DNA from: Archaeoglobus sp. JdFR-37
Lineage (GTDB): Archaea > Halobacteriota > Archaeoglobi > Archaeoglobales > Archaeoglobaceae
Assembly: GCA_002010215.1 (NCBI GenBank)
Contig: MTMY01000034.1
Span: 1 to 41,486 of the forward strand
Direction of reading: 5' to 3'
DNA length: 41,486 nt
This document shows positions 21,230 to 31,479 of this stretch, piece by piece. Every line of letters starts with the position of its first letter. The first letter of the stretch is position 1. Both the position numbers and the translations under genes were made by a program. The notes beneath the pieces were generated by a model. The model was not told the DNA's origin. It worked only from the letters and a program-made list of their open reading frames with translations, and made no database searches.

Positions 21230-22237
21230 ATGAGCAGCGGTGGCAGTACTGGAAGTTTTGGAAGCCTAGGAAGTTTGGGAAGTGTTAAGAGAAGTATTGC
21301 CAACATAGCTGGAGCATTAATAGCTGTTGTTATCTTTGGTACTCTCTCATATCACTTTGTTGAGGGATGGAGCTACTTTGATTCGCTCTATATGACCGTT
21401 ATAACGATTACGACAACCGGATACGGCGAAATTTACCAGATGGGGTCAGGTGGTAGGATAATCTCCATGTTTCTGATGTTTTTTGGCATAGGTATTTTCT
21501 TCTACGCCATAAACTCTTTTGTACCCCTCATTGTTGAGAGGCGAATGGAAATGAGCGCAAAAAAGCTTTCTGAAATTAAGGATCACGTCATAGTTTGTGG
21601 ATTTGGGCTGATGGGAAAGGAAATTGCCAATGAGCTTCCCAAAGAAAAGGTTGTGATAATTGACTCACGTGCCGAGAAGATTAGCATTGCCCGAGAGAAC
21701 GGTTATCTAGCGGTGTTGGGTGATGCCACAGAGGAGGAGGTTCTGGAAAAGGCCAATGTTAGGGAAGCCAGAGCCTTAATTGCATGCATGAGTGACGCTG
21801 CAAATGTTTTTACAATAATGGCGGCCAAGGATCTGAACCCTGGTATTTACGCCATGGCCATCATACGCAGCCCGGATGCAGAGAAAAAGATGAGAAGAAT
21901 AAATGTGGACTTCGTTCTCTCTCCTTATAAGGACACTGCAAGAAAAGTTATCACAACACTGCAAAAACCTGCTACGGTGGAGTTCATAGAGTCCATCATG
22001 AGCAGGCGGGGAGAGACTCTTACGCTAGAAAAAATGGAGGTGAGGATTGATAACAAGAGTCTTAAAGAGCTGGATTTGAGGGGTAGAACTGGCAGCACCG
22101 TGGTAGCAATAGAGAGAGACGGTGGGCTAATTTTACCAGAGGCTGATACAGTTTTGAGAAGAGGAGATGTTGTTTATCTCATAGGAAGCGACGAGGCACT
22201 TAAGAAGGCAGAAGAAATTCTCGGTTCAGAAATCTAG
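21230..22237 (+). CDS. MthK/Kch-type potassium channel with RCK domains
   Basis: TITTTGYGE selectivity filter, HVIVCGFGLMG Rossmann motif, GDAT, TrkA-C domain. Confidence 0.92.
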   Translation: MSSGGSTGSFGSLGSLGSVKRSIANIAGALIAVVIFGTLSYHFVEGWSYFDSLYMTVITITTTGYGEIYQMGSGGRIISMFLMFFGIGIFFYAINSFVPLIVERRMEMSAKKLSEIKDHVIVCGFGLMGKEIANELPKEKVVIIDSRAEKISIARENGYLAVLGDATEEEVLEKANVREARALIACMSDAANVFTIMAAKDLNPGIYAMAIIRSPDAEKKMRRINVDFVLSPYKDTARKVITTLQKPATVEFIESIMSRRGETLTLEKMEVRIDNKSLKELDLRGRTGSTVVAIERDGGLILPEADTVLRRGDVVYLIGSDEALKKAEEILGSEI

Positions 22238-22340
22238 AGAAATCTTCATACTTGAACGTTCTCAAACATTCTGGGTACATCCTGGTCAAAAATCACAAGG
22301 CTAAAGTACTTCTTCTATTCATCTTTGACGTGGTGATGAT

Positions 22341-23285
22341 ATGCTGAGCGTAAATGAGATAGCCTTGGACATTGTTGAGGACATGCTGGATTTTGAGGAA
22401 GAACTCAGAATTAAGTCCAAGCGGCTGGATAATGGCGCAACTGTAATCGACTGTGGTGTTGAAGTGCCAGGAAGCTATCAGGCGGGAATCATGTACACTG
22501 AAATCTGTATGGGTGGGCTTGCTGATGTTGATATAGTGGTTGACACAATCAACGGCATTCCGTTCCCCTTTGTTACCGAATACACCGACCATCCTGCAAT
22601 TGCTTGTCTTGGCAGCCAGAAAGCTGGCTGGGCTCTAAAGGTTGATGATTACTTTGCAATGGGTAGTGGACCTGCAAGGGCTCTTGCTTTGAAGCCGAAA
22701 AAGACTTACGAGCAGATTGATTACAAGGATGATGCCGAATATGCTGTTATTGCCCTTGAGGCAAACAAGCTGCCTGACGAAAAGGTTATGGAGTTCGTAG
22801 CCAAGGAATGCGATGTTGAGGCAGAAGATGTTTATGCTGTTGTGGCTCCAACAGCCAGCATTGTTGGAAGTGTTCAGATCTCGGGGAGAATTGTTGAGAC
22901 TGCCATTTACAAAATGGCTGAAATCGGATATGACCCCAAGCTGATAGTAAGTGGAGCCGGCAGATGCCCCATAGCTCCCGTCTTGGAAAACGACCTCAAA
23001 GCCATGGGTGCAACCAACGATAGCATGATGTATTATGGGAGTGTGTTTTTGAGTGTCAAAGAGTATGATGAAATCCTGAAGAATGTACCCTCAAACACCA
23101 GCAGGGATTACGGTAAGCCCTTCTATGAAATTTTCAAGGCTGCCAATTATGACTTTTACAAGATCGATCCAAACCTCTTCGCTCCCGCCCAGATAGCCGT
23201 CAACGACCTCTCATCTGGAAAGACATATGTCCATGGAGAGCTGAATGCTGAAGTAATTCTAAAGAGCTATCAGGTAGAGCTTTAG
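22341..23285 (+). CDS. mch: methenyl-H4MPT cyclohydrolase
   Basis: [48 protein letters not shown]. Confidence 0.96.
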   Translation: MLSVNEIALDIVEDMLDFEEELRIKSKRLDNGATVIDCGVEVPGSYQAGIMYTEICMGGLADVDIVVDTINGIPFPFVTEYTDHPAIACLGSQKAGWALKVDDYFAMGSGPARALALKPKKTYEQIDYKDDAEYAVIALEANKLPDEKVMEFVAKECDVEAEDVYAVVAPTASIVGSVQISGRIVETAIYKMAEIGYDPKLIVSGAGRCPIAPVLENDLKAMGATNDSMMYYGSVFLSVKEYDEILKNVPSNTSRDYGKPFYEIFKAANYDFYKIDPNLFAPAQIAVNDLSSGKTYVHGELNAEVILKSYQVEL

Positions 23286-23350
23286 CCTACTTTTTTCTTT
23301 ATTTCTTTACCTAGATTGTTAAATCGCCCGTAAAGGCTTACTTGATATCA

Positions 23351-23719
23351 TCAGACTCTATCAGGCTCTTCCATAATTTTGTCAAATTCTTCCAATCTGT
23401 GAGATGGGACAATCATCCTGCCTGAAATGGCAACTCTGCCAGAAGCGATTTCTTCCACTCTGAATGGATGACCATAGCCCTGCTCGAGGCGCGTCATGAA
23501 CATTGCTAGGTTGTACAGGGCACTAGCATCCAGAATGGCCACTCCAATCTTCATTCTTACATCTATCCACCCCTCGTCAACATTTGACTCTATTACGTCT
23601 ATTTCTTCCAGTTCTGCTGCCTCCGTTGCACCAGCACCCCACCTCTGAAGTGTGAACTCCCAAGCAGGGGCGACCAAATTCTCAGCAAATTTTCTCAGCT
23701 GGCTCATTCTGCCACTCAT
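23351..23719 (-). CDS. hypothetical protein
   Basis: 122-aa ATG ORF with protein-like composition; no family recognised. Confidence 0.65.
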   Translation of the reverse strand: MSGRMSQLRKFAENLVAPAWEFTLQRWGAGATEAAELEEIDVIESNVDEGWIDVRMKIGVAILDASALYNLAMFMTRLEQGYGHPFRVEEIASGRVAISGRMIVPSHRLEEFDKIMEEPDRV

Positions 23720-23879
23720 CCTATTACTCTTACAAACTCCGTGATATATTTTTCCTGATTTGGTGTTTTAGCCTTTTTAACCTTCTTTACACTCGTCTTC
23801 AGACATGAGCAGGGATGAGTATATTCAAGCTCAATGAATAAGTATTTGCTCATATTCAAACAATTAATCAGGTGAAATT

Positions 23880-25433
23880 ATGCCAGTTCGAACCATCCCA
23901 GAACTGATGGAGTATGTTTCAGCCTTTGACAAGCCATTTTTCATATACCAGGGGAAAGCTGTAACATACGAGGAATTTGATAAGATAACTGATGAAGTGG
24001 CTACCGCATTTCTCAGAATGGGTCTTAAGAGAGGAGATAGGGTTGCCATAATCGCTCTCAACCAGCCCGAATGGCTGTACACTTTCTTTGCAGCCAACAA
24101 AGTTGGCATCGGTGTTGTTGCCCTCAGCGTCAGATATAGAGAAGCGGAGTTGGAATACATGCTGAATAACTCCTCTGCGAAGGCACTGGTTTCTCTAGCT
24201 GAATTTGACGGCTTCAACTACGTGGAGTTTTTCAGGAAGAATAAAGACAGGTTCCCAAAACTCCATAACTTAATTTACATAGGTTCTGACGTTGATGGTA
24301 GTATAGGTATAACCTTTGAAAGTCTTCTTGACGAGGTTGATGAGGGACAGGTTGAGGAGGCAGAGAGCAGGGTTGGAGAGCAGGATACATCCGTAATCAT
24401 CTACACCTCTGGCACCACCGGGAAGCCAAAAGGAGCGAATATAACGCATAGGAGCATTCTTTCATCCTCTAAGGCCTTAGGAGAGCACATGAGAAACTCC
24501 GAGGAAGATATAATATTAGGACATATGCCCCTCAATCACGTTGGAGGTACATCTTGTTCAATTCTATCAGCAATGCATTTCGGCGCTACCATTATACTAA
24601 TACCGGCATTTGTTCCTGAGCTCGTTCTGGATACCATCCAGCGCTATAAAGCTACTATTTTTGCAGGAGTTCCAACCATGTACCTCATGCTTTTCAGTTC
24701 TAACTTTCAGAAATACGACGTCTCATCCCTCAGGCTCGTGGTTATAGGAGGTTCAAACGCCCAGCCAGAGTTGCTGAAGAGGATTAAGGCAGGTTTCCCC
24801 AATGCTACAGTAATGAACCTCTACGGACTTACAGAATCCTCGGGCGCGTGCATCTGTTCACCTCTCGACGACAGTTTTGAAGAGATACTGGACAGCATAG
24901 GGGTTCCCATTGGCGATTATGAGGTTATGATAGTTGACGAGACTGGGCAGCCTTTACCTGATGGCGAGGTGGGTGAGATAGCTGTAAAGGGAGACTGCGT
25001 TTGTAGCGGGTACATAGGTCTTGAAGAGAAGACAAAGGAGAGCTTCAGAAATGGCTGGCTCTTCACAGGGGATATGGCATACAAGCGAGGTAATAGGATT
25101 TATTTCATGGGTAGGAAAAAGGAGATGTACATACAAGCTGGTTACAACGTATATCCAGCAGAAATCGAGAATGTACTAATCAAACATCCCAAGGTTTTCA
25201 TGGTTGCTGTTATTGGGGTCCCTGATGAGTTTTACGGCGAGAAAGGGGTAGCTTATGTGGTTCCAAAGGGTAAAGTTACTCAGGATGAACTCAAAGAGTA
25301 CTGTGCCAAGTATCTTGCAGACTACAAGGTTCCCAAGGAGTTTATTTTTGAAGAGTCTCTGCCTTTAACTCCTGCCGGGAAAATACAGAAATCTGAGCTT
25401 CTCAGAATGTATATGGAGAGAAGAGGTGCCTGA
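23880..25433 (+). CDS. acyl-CoA synthetase (long-chain fatty acid-CoA ligase family)
   Basis: IYTSGTTGKPKG, YGLTE, TGD, GRKKEM, NVYPAEIE, LADYKVP, TPAGKI. Confidence 0.93.
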   Translation: MPVRTIPELMEYVSAFDKPFFIYQGKAVTYEEFDKITDEVATAFLRMGLKRGDRVAIIALNQPEWLYTFFAANKVGIGVVALSVRYREAELEYMLNNSSAKALVSLAEFDGFNYVEFFRKNKDRFPKLHNLIYIGSDVDGSIGITFESLLDEVDEGQVEEAESRVGEQDTSVIIYTSGTTGKPKGANITHRSILSSSKALGEHMRNSEEDIILGHMPLNHVGGTSCSILSAMHFGATIILIPAFVPELVLDTIQRYKATIFAGVPTMYLMLFSSNFQKYDVSSLRLVVIGGSNAQPELLKRIKAGFPNATVMNLYGLTESSGACICSPLDDSFEEILDSIGVPIGDYEVMIVDETGQPLPDGEVGEIAVKGDCVCSGYIGLEEKTKESFRNGWLFTGDMAYKRGNRIYFMGRKKEMYIQAGYNVYPAEIENVLIKHPKVFMVAVIGVPDEFYGEKGVAYVVPKGKVTQDELKEYCAKYLADYKVPKEFIFEESLPLTPAGKIQKSELLRMYMERRGA

Positions 25434-25565
25434 GTTTTTTCTTATTTTTCCCTTTTCTTTCCCGAACAGTAATTCCTGATACTGTATATACCGCATCCCA
25501 ACCCCAAAACCCAAAACCAAAGGCCAATCCAAATCAATATATTTCTTCACAGACTCCGCTCTTTG

Positions 25566-27494
25566 ATGAAATCAATGTCCTCAGTTGATATCAGAGCATG
25601 CATTTCGGAGCTTCGGTCTCTCATAGGTGGCAGAATAGACAAAATCTATCACTACCCTCCAGATGAGATCAGGATTAAGCTCAGGGCAGAGGGTAGGAAA
25701 GACCTGATAATTGAAGCTGGAAAACGTATCCACCTGACAAAGTTTCCCAAAGAAAGTCCCAAGCTGCCATCAAGCTTCGCCATGCTCATGAGGAAACATC
25801 TTGAAGGGGGAAGAATCGCATCAATCACACAGCATGACTTCGACAGAATCGTTCTGATGGAGATAGAAGCGAGGGGTAGTAAATACTTCATCATCGCCGA
25901 GCTATTCTCCAAGGGGAATGTGATTCTGGCAGATGAAGAGATGAAAGTTATCATGCCACTCAAATTCATGTTTAGACCCGGGCAGCAATACAGATTTCCG
26001 GAACCGCGCCTGACACCCTTTGAAATAGACGAAAACGTTCTGAAGGATATCCTAGACAGCAGAGAAGTGGTGAGGACTCTAGCAACAAAAGGAGGGCTTG
26101 GCGGGCTCTACGCTGAGGAGGTTCTGCTGAGAGCTGGAATAGATAAAAACAGGAAGGGCGAGGAATTAACCCCAGAAGAGATAGCCCGAATCGTGAATGC
26201 AATCCGCGAAGTTTTCTCTAAGGTGGAAAAGAATGAGTTTTCGCCTTACATTGTTATGGAAGGTGAAAAATACTTTGATGTCCTGCCTCTGGAGCTCAAA
26301 CGTTATTCAGAATACGAAAAGAAGTATTTTGAAACCTTTAATGAAGCGCTGGATGAATTTTACTCCAGGATGATTGTTGAAGAGGTGGAAAAACAGGAGA
26401 AGAAGAGTGAAGTTCTCGAAAAGCTGGAAAAAAGACTTCAGGAGCAGCTTGAGACAAAGAAACGCTTCGAAGAAGAGCTGGAAAAATACAGAAGGATAGC
26501 AGAACTCATTTACGAGAATTACCAGATGGTAGACAGCATTCTTCAAGCTTTCATAAAAGCCAGGCAGACCAAGAGCTGGGATGAGATAAAAGAAATTCTG
26601 AAGGAAGAACATAAAAAAGGCAGACTGACGATGGTTGAAGGCGTTGTTCCTGAGAAAAATTCCATCCTACTGAACATAGGTGGACACAGCCTGACTCTCA
26701 GGCTTGACATGAGCATTCACGAGAATGCTGAATTCTATTATGACCAGTCCAAGAAGATTGCTTCCAAGCTTGAAGGTCTTATGAAGGCCATTGAAAAGAC
26801 GAAAGCAGAGATGGAGAAAGCCGAGGAGATTGAATCCAGAAAAATGTTCCAGAGCATCAGAGCAGTTAGAAAGAGGGAATGGTATGAGAAATTCCGGTGG
26901 TTTATAACCAGTGACGGATTTCTTGTGATTGGCGGAAGAAATGCGGAGATGAATGAGGAGATAGTCTCAAAATACATGGAGAGCAAAGACCTGTTCTTCC
27001 ACACCCAATCGCCAGGAGCTCCAGCGACAATACTGAAAAATGGTCAGGAAGCTCCGCAGACCAGCATAGAGGAAGCAGCAATCTTTGCATCAACTTACTC
27101 AGCCTTATGGAAAGAAGGAAAATACAGCGGGGAGGTTTACTATGTCCTCCCGGAGCAGGTTAAAAGAGCGGCAAGGCATGGAGAATATCTGGCAAGAGGT
27201 AGCTTTTACATCGAGGGGAAGAGAAATTATCTTACTGTCTCGCTGAGCTGCGCTGTTGGTGTTGAAATATCGAAGTTGAGGGTACTTGGAGGTCCAAAAA
27301 AGGCTGTTGAGAAATACTGCGACTACTTTGTGGAGATAGAGCCCGGAAATTTGAGTGCAAATGAGATTTCAAGGGAAATAGCAAAAACGCTAGTGGAGAA
27401 AGCTCCTAGAGATGAGGCGCACATTGTCAGAAGCATTGCAACACCTGATGAGATAATGAAGTTTTTACCTCCGGGAAAGCACAGGTTGAAATAA
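25566..27494 (+). CDS. rqcH: ribosome quality control protein RqcH/Rqc2 (NFACT/NEMF family)
   Basis: MSSVDI, PSSFAMLMRKHL, FDRIV, ELFSKGN, WYEKFRWF, IGGRNA, GEYLARGSF. Confidence 0.93.
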   Translation: MKSMSSVDIRACISELRSLIGGRIDKIYHYPPDEIRIKLRAEGRKDLIIEAGKRIHLTKFPKESPKLPSSFAMLMRKHLEGGRIASITQHDFDRIVLMEIEARGSKYFIIAELFSKGNVILADEEMKVIMPLKFMFRPGQQYRFPEPRLTPFEIDENVLKDILDSREVVRTLATKGGLGGLYAEEVLLRAGIDKNRKGEELTPEEIARIVNAIREVFSKVEKNEFSPYIVMEGEKYFDVLPLELKRYSEYEKKYFETFNEALDEFYSRMIVEEVEKQEKKSEVLEKLEKRLQEQLETKKRFEEELEKYRRIAELIYENYQMVDSILQAFIKARQTKSWDEIKEILKEEHKKGRLTMVEGVVPEKNSILLNIGGHSLTLRLDMSIHENAEFYYDQSKKIASKLEGLMKAIEKTKAEMEKAEEIESRKMFQSIRAVRKREWYEKFRWFITSDGFLVIGGRNAEMNEEIVSKYMESKDLFFHTQSPGAPATILKNGQEAPQTSIEEAAIFASTYSALWKEGKYSGEVYYVLPEQVKRAARHGEYLARGSFYIEGKRNYLTVSLSCAVGVEISKLRVLGGPKKAVEKYCDYFVEIEPGNLSANEISREIAKTLVEKAPRDEAHIVRSIATPDEIMKFLPPGKHRLK

Positions 27495-27535
27495 AATTGG
27501 ACAATTTGTTGTGCATAATCACTTCCACCTACCAC

Positions 27536-28138
27536 TTATTCCCTGTCTACATACCTCCCTCTCGCCTCTATTTCTTCTGCTCTCCTTAGAACTTCCTCTG
27601 CCCTCTCATAATCCATGTAACCGTCTATAAATGCTTCTTTCAACTCCTCCCAGTTCTCATAGGAGGCCTTTAGGGATTCGAAGAAAACGTGCAAGTCAAC
27701 GCCTTTTGGCTCGATTTTCTGGTCGAAGAACGCTAAACCGAAATCCACAAAGAATATGCGATTCCCGCTGAGAATCATGTTCATTGGAGTTATATCTCCA
27801 TGAATGATGTTCGCAGCATGAAGACGTGCAACCATTCTTCCCACCTCTTTTGCCACTTTGGGATTCAGTACGTCCTTTACAGGCTGTCCGATTATCCTCT
27901 CCATGACTATCTTGTCTCCCTCTACGTCAAGAATAATGGGTGTCGGCACTCCTGCTCTCCTGGCAGCAGAAATAATTCTGGCCTCAGTTTTTGTCCTCTT
28001 CCGTCGTATTGACTCGTCCAGCTCTGGAATCCTATACCTTTTTACCTTCCTTATCTTCTCAACCCTGTCTTCATAAATTCTGACCTCTGCCTCCCCTCCA
28101 AGGTAAACTGTAGCTGTGCCATCTGTTTCTTCTGCCAT
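27536..28138 (-). CDS. bud32: KEOPS kinase Bud32
   Basis: GGEAEV, KRYRIPELD..IR..RT..EAR, IIHGDITPMN, VDFGL, GVDLHV, RGRY. Confidence 0.92.
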   Translation of the reverse strand: MAEETDGTATVYLGGEAEVRIYEDRVEKIRKVKRYRIPELDESIRRKRTKTEARIISAARRAGVPTPIILDVEGDKIVMERIIGQPVKDVLNPKVAKEVGRMVARLHAANIIHGDITPMNMILSGNRIFFVDFGLAFFDQKIEPKGVDLHVFFESLKASYENWEELKEAFIDGYMDYERAEEVLRRAEEIEARGRYVDRE

Positions 28139-28190
28139 CTCGCCTAGTTCTTTGGCAAAGTTTATTAATTTTAATTCCTCCGTTTAACCC

Positions 28191-29225
28191 ATGTCGGTGC
28201 TGGGACTTGACATAGGCACAAACTATACAAAGGCTACCAAAGACGGTAAGGATGTCATCCTTTTTCCAAGCTTGGTTGTTTATGGTGAGGAGAAGGACTG
28301 GAGCCTTAAAGGTGAGACCAGAGATGTGTATATTGGTGAGGAAGCAGCCGCAATAGCTGCGAACATGGAGAATGTTGAAGTTCTTCGTCCCCTTCATGAG
28401 GGAAGGCTCATTCACCAGTCTTATATCGAGATTGCAAAGTACGTTTTTTCAAGACTGGGGAAAGCGGGTATTATTGCCACTGGTTTGCCGGTTAAATCCT
28501 CTAAGAAGGAGAGGGATGAAGTTGCCACTGCCCTAAAACAGAGTCTTAACTCTAACGTTCTGATCTTCCCCCAGCCGGTGGGAAGTCTTGCTTATCTGGG
28601 CTACGACACTGGTGTCTGCGTTGACATCGGCTTTGGCACCACAGACCTTGTGGTGATAGCCTCAATGGAGTACCTCAAGGGAGATACCATGCTTGTCGGA
28701 GTGGACAAGATCTACGAGAATCTGGAAATCAGTGTGAGAAACAAGGCTGGAATAAGTATAACTCCAGAAGAGATGGCAAAACTCCTTTTGGACAAAGACT
28801 ATCAGGTGGGAAGGATAAGAGGGGGAAAGAAGGTGGTCATCACCCACTCAGAACTCATGGAAGAATATTCTGAGATAATTACGGGCTGGGCGGATCGAAT
28901 TGCCAACAGGGTGAAGATGCTGCTGGAAGGCCTTTCCACATCGCTGGTTGACAAGATTGTGCTCACGGGCGGAGGGAGCGCTCTTCCAGGAGTTTACGAG
29001 GAGTTTTCAAGACAGTTTGAAGATATTGGGAGTATTGAAGTTCCAGACGATCCGCTTACTGCTAACGCTAAAGGATACTACATTCTTGCAAAGCTCTTTG
29101 CAGAGAGCTCTGAGATTGAAGGGGCTGAAGATGTGGAGGATATTGAGGAAGCTGAAGAAAGTGCGAAGGTTGAAAGGAAGGCCGAAAAAGTTAAGGGGGA
29201 GGGGAAGAAAAGTAAGAAGAAATGA
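28191..29225 (+). CDS. actin-superfamily ATPase (MreB/ParM/StbA-like)
   Basis: Phosphate 1 GLDIGTNYTK, connect 1 FPQPVG, phosphate 2 VDIGFGTTD, adenosine motif VLTGGGS, connect 2 TANAKG. Confidence 0.88.
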   Translation: MSVLGLDIGTNYTKATKDGKDVILFPSLVVYGEEKDWSLKGETRDVYIGEEAAAIAANMENVEVLRPLHEGRLIHQSYIEIAKYVFSRLGKAGIIATGLPVKSSKKERDEVATALKQSLNSNVLIFPQPVGSLAYLGYDTGVCVDIGFGTTDLVVIASMEYLKGDTMLVGVDKIYENLEISVRNKAGISITPEEMAKLLLDKDYQVGRIRGGKKVVITHSELMEEYSEIITGWADRIANRVKMLLEGLSTSLVDKIVLTGGGSALPGVYEEFSRQFEDIGSIEVPDDPLTANAKGYYILAKLFAESSEIEGAEDVEDIEEAEESAKVERKAEKVKGEGKKSKKK

Positions 29226-29722
29226 GGATTAGCGTAGACATCCCACCAGATATTGAAAGACTCCTGCTGGAAAAGTGCAAGGAGTCTAAACTCTCTCCTT
29301 CTGATTTTGTTTCTGCATTGCTTGAGTGGTATTTTCTCAAGAGAAAGAAGATGAAGCCTGATTCTGAGTTTGCTGCATATGCTCTTAGGGTGGGTAGAGA
29401 GAGAGTAAAAACGTGTAGGTACAGCGATGGGAAATTCTGTGCTTTAGATACGCTCGGTAACATAATGGAGGAGAGCGATCCTGAGCCGTTAAGCCCTTAC
29501 AGGTGTGTCTTTTGTAATGAGTATATGGATAGGAGAAGAGAAAAACTCAGGGAGAAGATCGAAGTGGGGGATGAAGTGATAGAAATAGCCAGAATAGCTG
29601 CCAGACTTGTGGTTGAGCTTTACGGGGATAAGCTGGGATACAGACCTAAACTTACCGTTGAGAGTGTTGAAAAGGAGAAAGGAATAACCGGAGAGGGGGT
29701 TAAGAAGCTCCTTGACTGGTAG
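29222..29722 (+). CDS. putative ribbon-helix-helix protein with a 4-Cys metal-binding domain
   Basis: MRISVDIPPDIERLLLEKCKESKLSPSDFVSALLEWYF (RHH pattern); CRYSDGKFC...CVFC; ATGA overlap with the actin gene. Confidence 0.65.
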   Translation: MRISVDIPPDIERLLLEKCKESKLSPSDFVSALLEWYFLKRKKMKPDSEFAAYALRVGRERVKTCRYSDGKFCALDTLGNIMEESDPEPLSPYRCVFCNEYMDRRREKLREKIEVGDEVIEIARIAARLVVELYGDKLGYRPKLTVESVEKEKGITGEGVKKLLDW

Positions 29723-30620
29723 TTTGTCTGAGCTAGGGAAGATAAGTGTTAACATAAATGGAGACCTGCCAGATTCTGAGTTGGTTGACAGAGCTAGAAT
29801 AGCTGAAGATAGTGGAATAAGAATTGTCTGGATCGGAGAAACTCCTTTTTTCAGAGACCCGTTTGAGGTTGCTGCCGTTATAGCCGATGCAACGTCCCTT
29901 ATCATAGGTTTTGGCACTGTAAGCCCTCTGAGAAGGAAGTGTGAGAACATCATAGAGAGGTTTGAAGAGCTACTGCAAAAGTTTGGGGAAAAGTTTATTC
30001 TTGCCCTGTCTCCAGGTGAAGTCAGGGAAGGCAGAGAAGGTACACTCGAAACAGTCCTCTCATGCATTTCCATTGCAAAGGAATATGGGGTTGGAGTCTT
30101 GGCTGGATGTTCTGGGAGGAGGATTACCGAGAGAGCTTCGGAGATAGCAGATGGCATCCTCTTCAATTATGTGTATCCAGATCATATACGGTGGGTTTCA
30201 GGATTTTTGAAGAGAAAAGTTTTCACAGCCGCCTACGGCCCATCTCTTCTCCTCCCAAGCCCGTTTTTCCAAGACCTCCTTATCGCATGTGCCATAGTTA
30301 TGGGGAGCAATAGGGGGTTTCTGAAAGAGTTTGGATATCTTGAAGTGTACAGTGAGATTTCAAGTGTTAATTTAGATGAGATGATTGTGCTGAGGCAGGG
30401 AGGGTTTGATATCAGTAGGCACCCTGACTCAGTTCCACTCATGAAGCACTCTCAATTCCTTTTGGACAGGTTCTCAATATGTGGAAGTATTTCAGATATC
30501 GAGACCAAGATAGAAGATCTGCTTAAACTCTGCGACCATGTGGTTCTCGGTGATCCTCTTTTTCGGGATAGGAAAGGTTTTGAAACGGTCTGCCGCTTAT
30601 CTGAGTCATTTAATAATTAA
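29712..30620 (+). CDS. LLM-class / Mer-like oxidoreductase paralog
   Basis: ARIAEDSGIRIVWIGE..FRDPF, IGFGTVSPLRR, ASEIADGILFN, FSICGS, VVLGDP. Confidence 0.75.
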   Translation: MTGSLSELGKISVNINGDLPDSELVDRARIAEDSGIRIVWIGETPFFRDPFEVAAVIADATSLIIGFGTVSPLRRKCENIIERFEELLQKFGEKFILALSPGEVREGREGTLETVLSCISIAKEYGVGVLAGCSGRRITERASEIADGILFNYVYPDHIRWVSGFLKRKVFTAAYGPSLLLPSPFFQDLLIACAIVMGSNRGFLKEFGYLEVYSEISSVNLDEMIVLRQGGFDISRHPDSVPLMKHSQFLLDRFSICGSISDIETKIEDLLKLCDHVVLGDPLFRDRKGFETVCRLSESFNN

Positions 30621-30765
30621 TTTTATTTAATTTTATCTATTAGTTAATTTAGTAATATCTAATAAAATACAGAAAAATGATAGATCAACCCCTCATTCCC
30701 AGTATAAGAAATATCTGAATTATTATAACGTTACTTTTAAATATTTTTTAAACTCTGATACTATC

Positions 30766-31479
30766 ATGAAATCTGGATTTGGAATATCCGAGCTTGACAA
30801 TCTTTTAGGTGGGGGCCTTGACAAATGTACAGTCAATCTCATTGTGGGTAGAAATGGTATAGGAAAAACAATTCTTGCTTCTCAGTGGGCTGCTCAGGGA
30901 GCAAAAAATGGCGAAAAAGTCGTATACCTATCAACAACTCTCGTACCAAAGAGTTGTGAAACGTATCTCAGCAGGTTTCATTTTATGGAAGATATCTATG
31001 AAAAAATTCACTGGAAATTTCAGGAAATCGAGTCTAAGAGTTTTATTCCTCTAACAAAAGAAAAAATAGATCAAACCATAAGGGAGGAGTTTGGAATAGG
31101 ATTTGATGAAGTTGATAGATTCGTTTTTGATTCAGCTTCAAGTCTTGAAAAGGCACTGGGTGATCCTGTTCTTTACAGAAGGGCACTTAGGTATCTTGCT
31201 GACATGTGCTACGAAAATGATGTAACGGCTATTTTTATTGAAGAAGCCCCTTATTATGGTGAGTGGAGTGAAGCAAGGCATATAGCAGAATGTATAATCT
31301 TGTTAGACCTCCTTAGAGTTCCGACGGGTTATGCAAGGGCTCTCAGGATCTTAAAAAAATATCGAACTGATCACCCACTGGACTACATCCCCTTTGAAAT
31401 AACCGAAAACGGAATTGAGCTTAAAGAAGGTAGATATGTCCGGGTTAACTATGAATTCAAATTCGAACTTGATAAGTAG
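30766..31479 (+). CDS. KaiC/RAD55-like ATPase
   Basis: FGISELDNLLGGG, Walker A GRNGIGKT, Walker B FVFDS, LRILKKYRTDH. Confidence 0.87.
   Translation: MKSGFGISELDNLLGGGLDKCTVNLIVGRNGIGKTILASQWAAQGAKNGEKVVYLSTTLVPKSCETYLSRFHFMEDIYEKIHWKFQEIESKSFIPLTKEKIDQTIREEFGIGFDEVDRFVFDSASSLEKALGDPVLYRRALRYLADMCYENDVTAIFIEEAPYYGEWSEARHIAECIILLDLLRVPTGYARALRILKKYRTDHPLDYIPFEITENGIELKEGRYVRVNYEFKFELDK

Noticed and set aside
28139..28190. parC-like centromere for the actin/RHH pair
   Set aside because: Only 52 bp of intergenic DNA and no iterated repeats; just one short inverted repeat.
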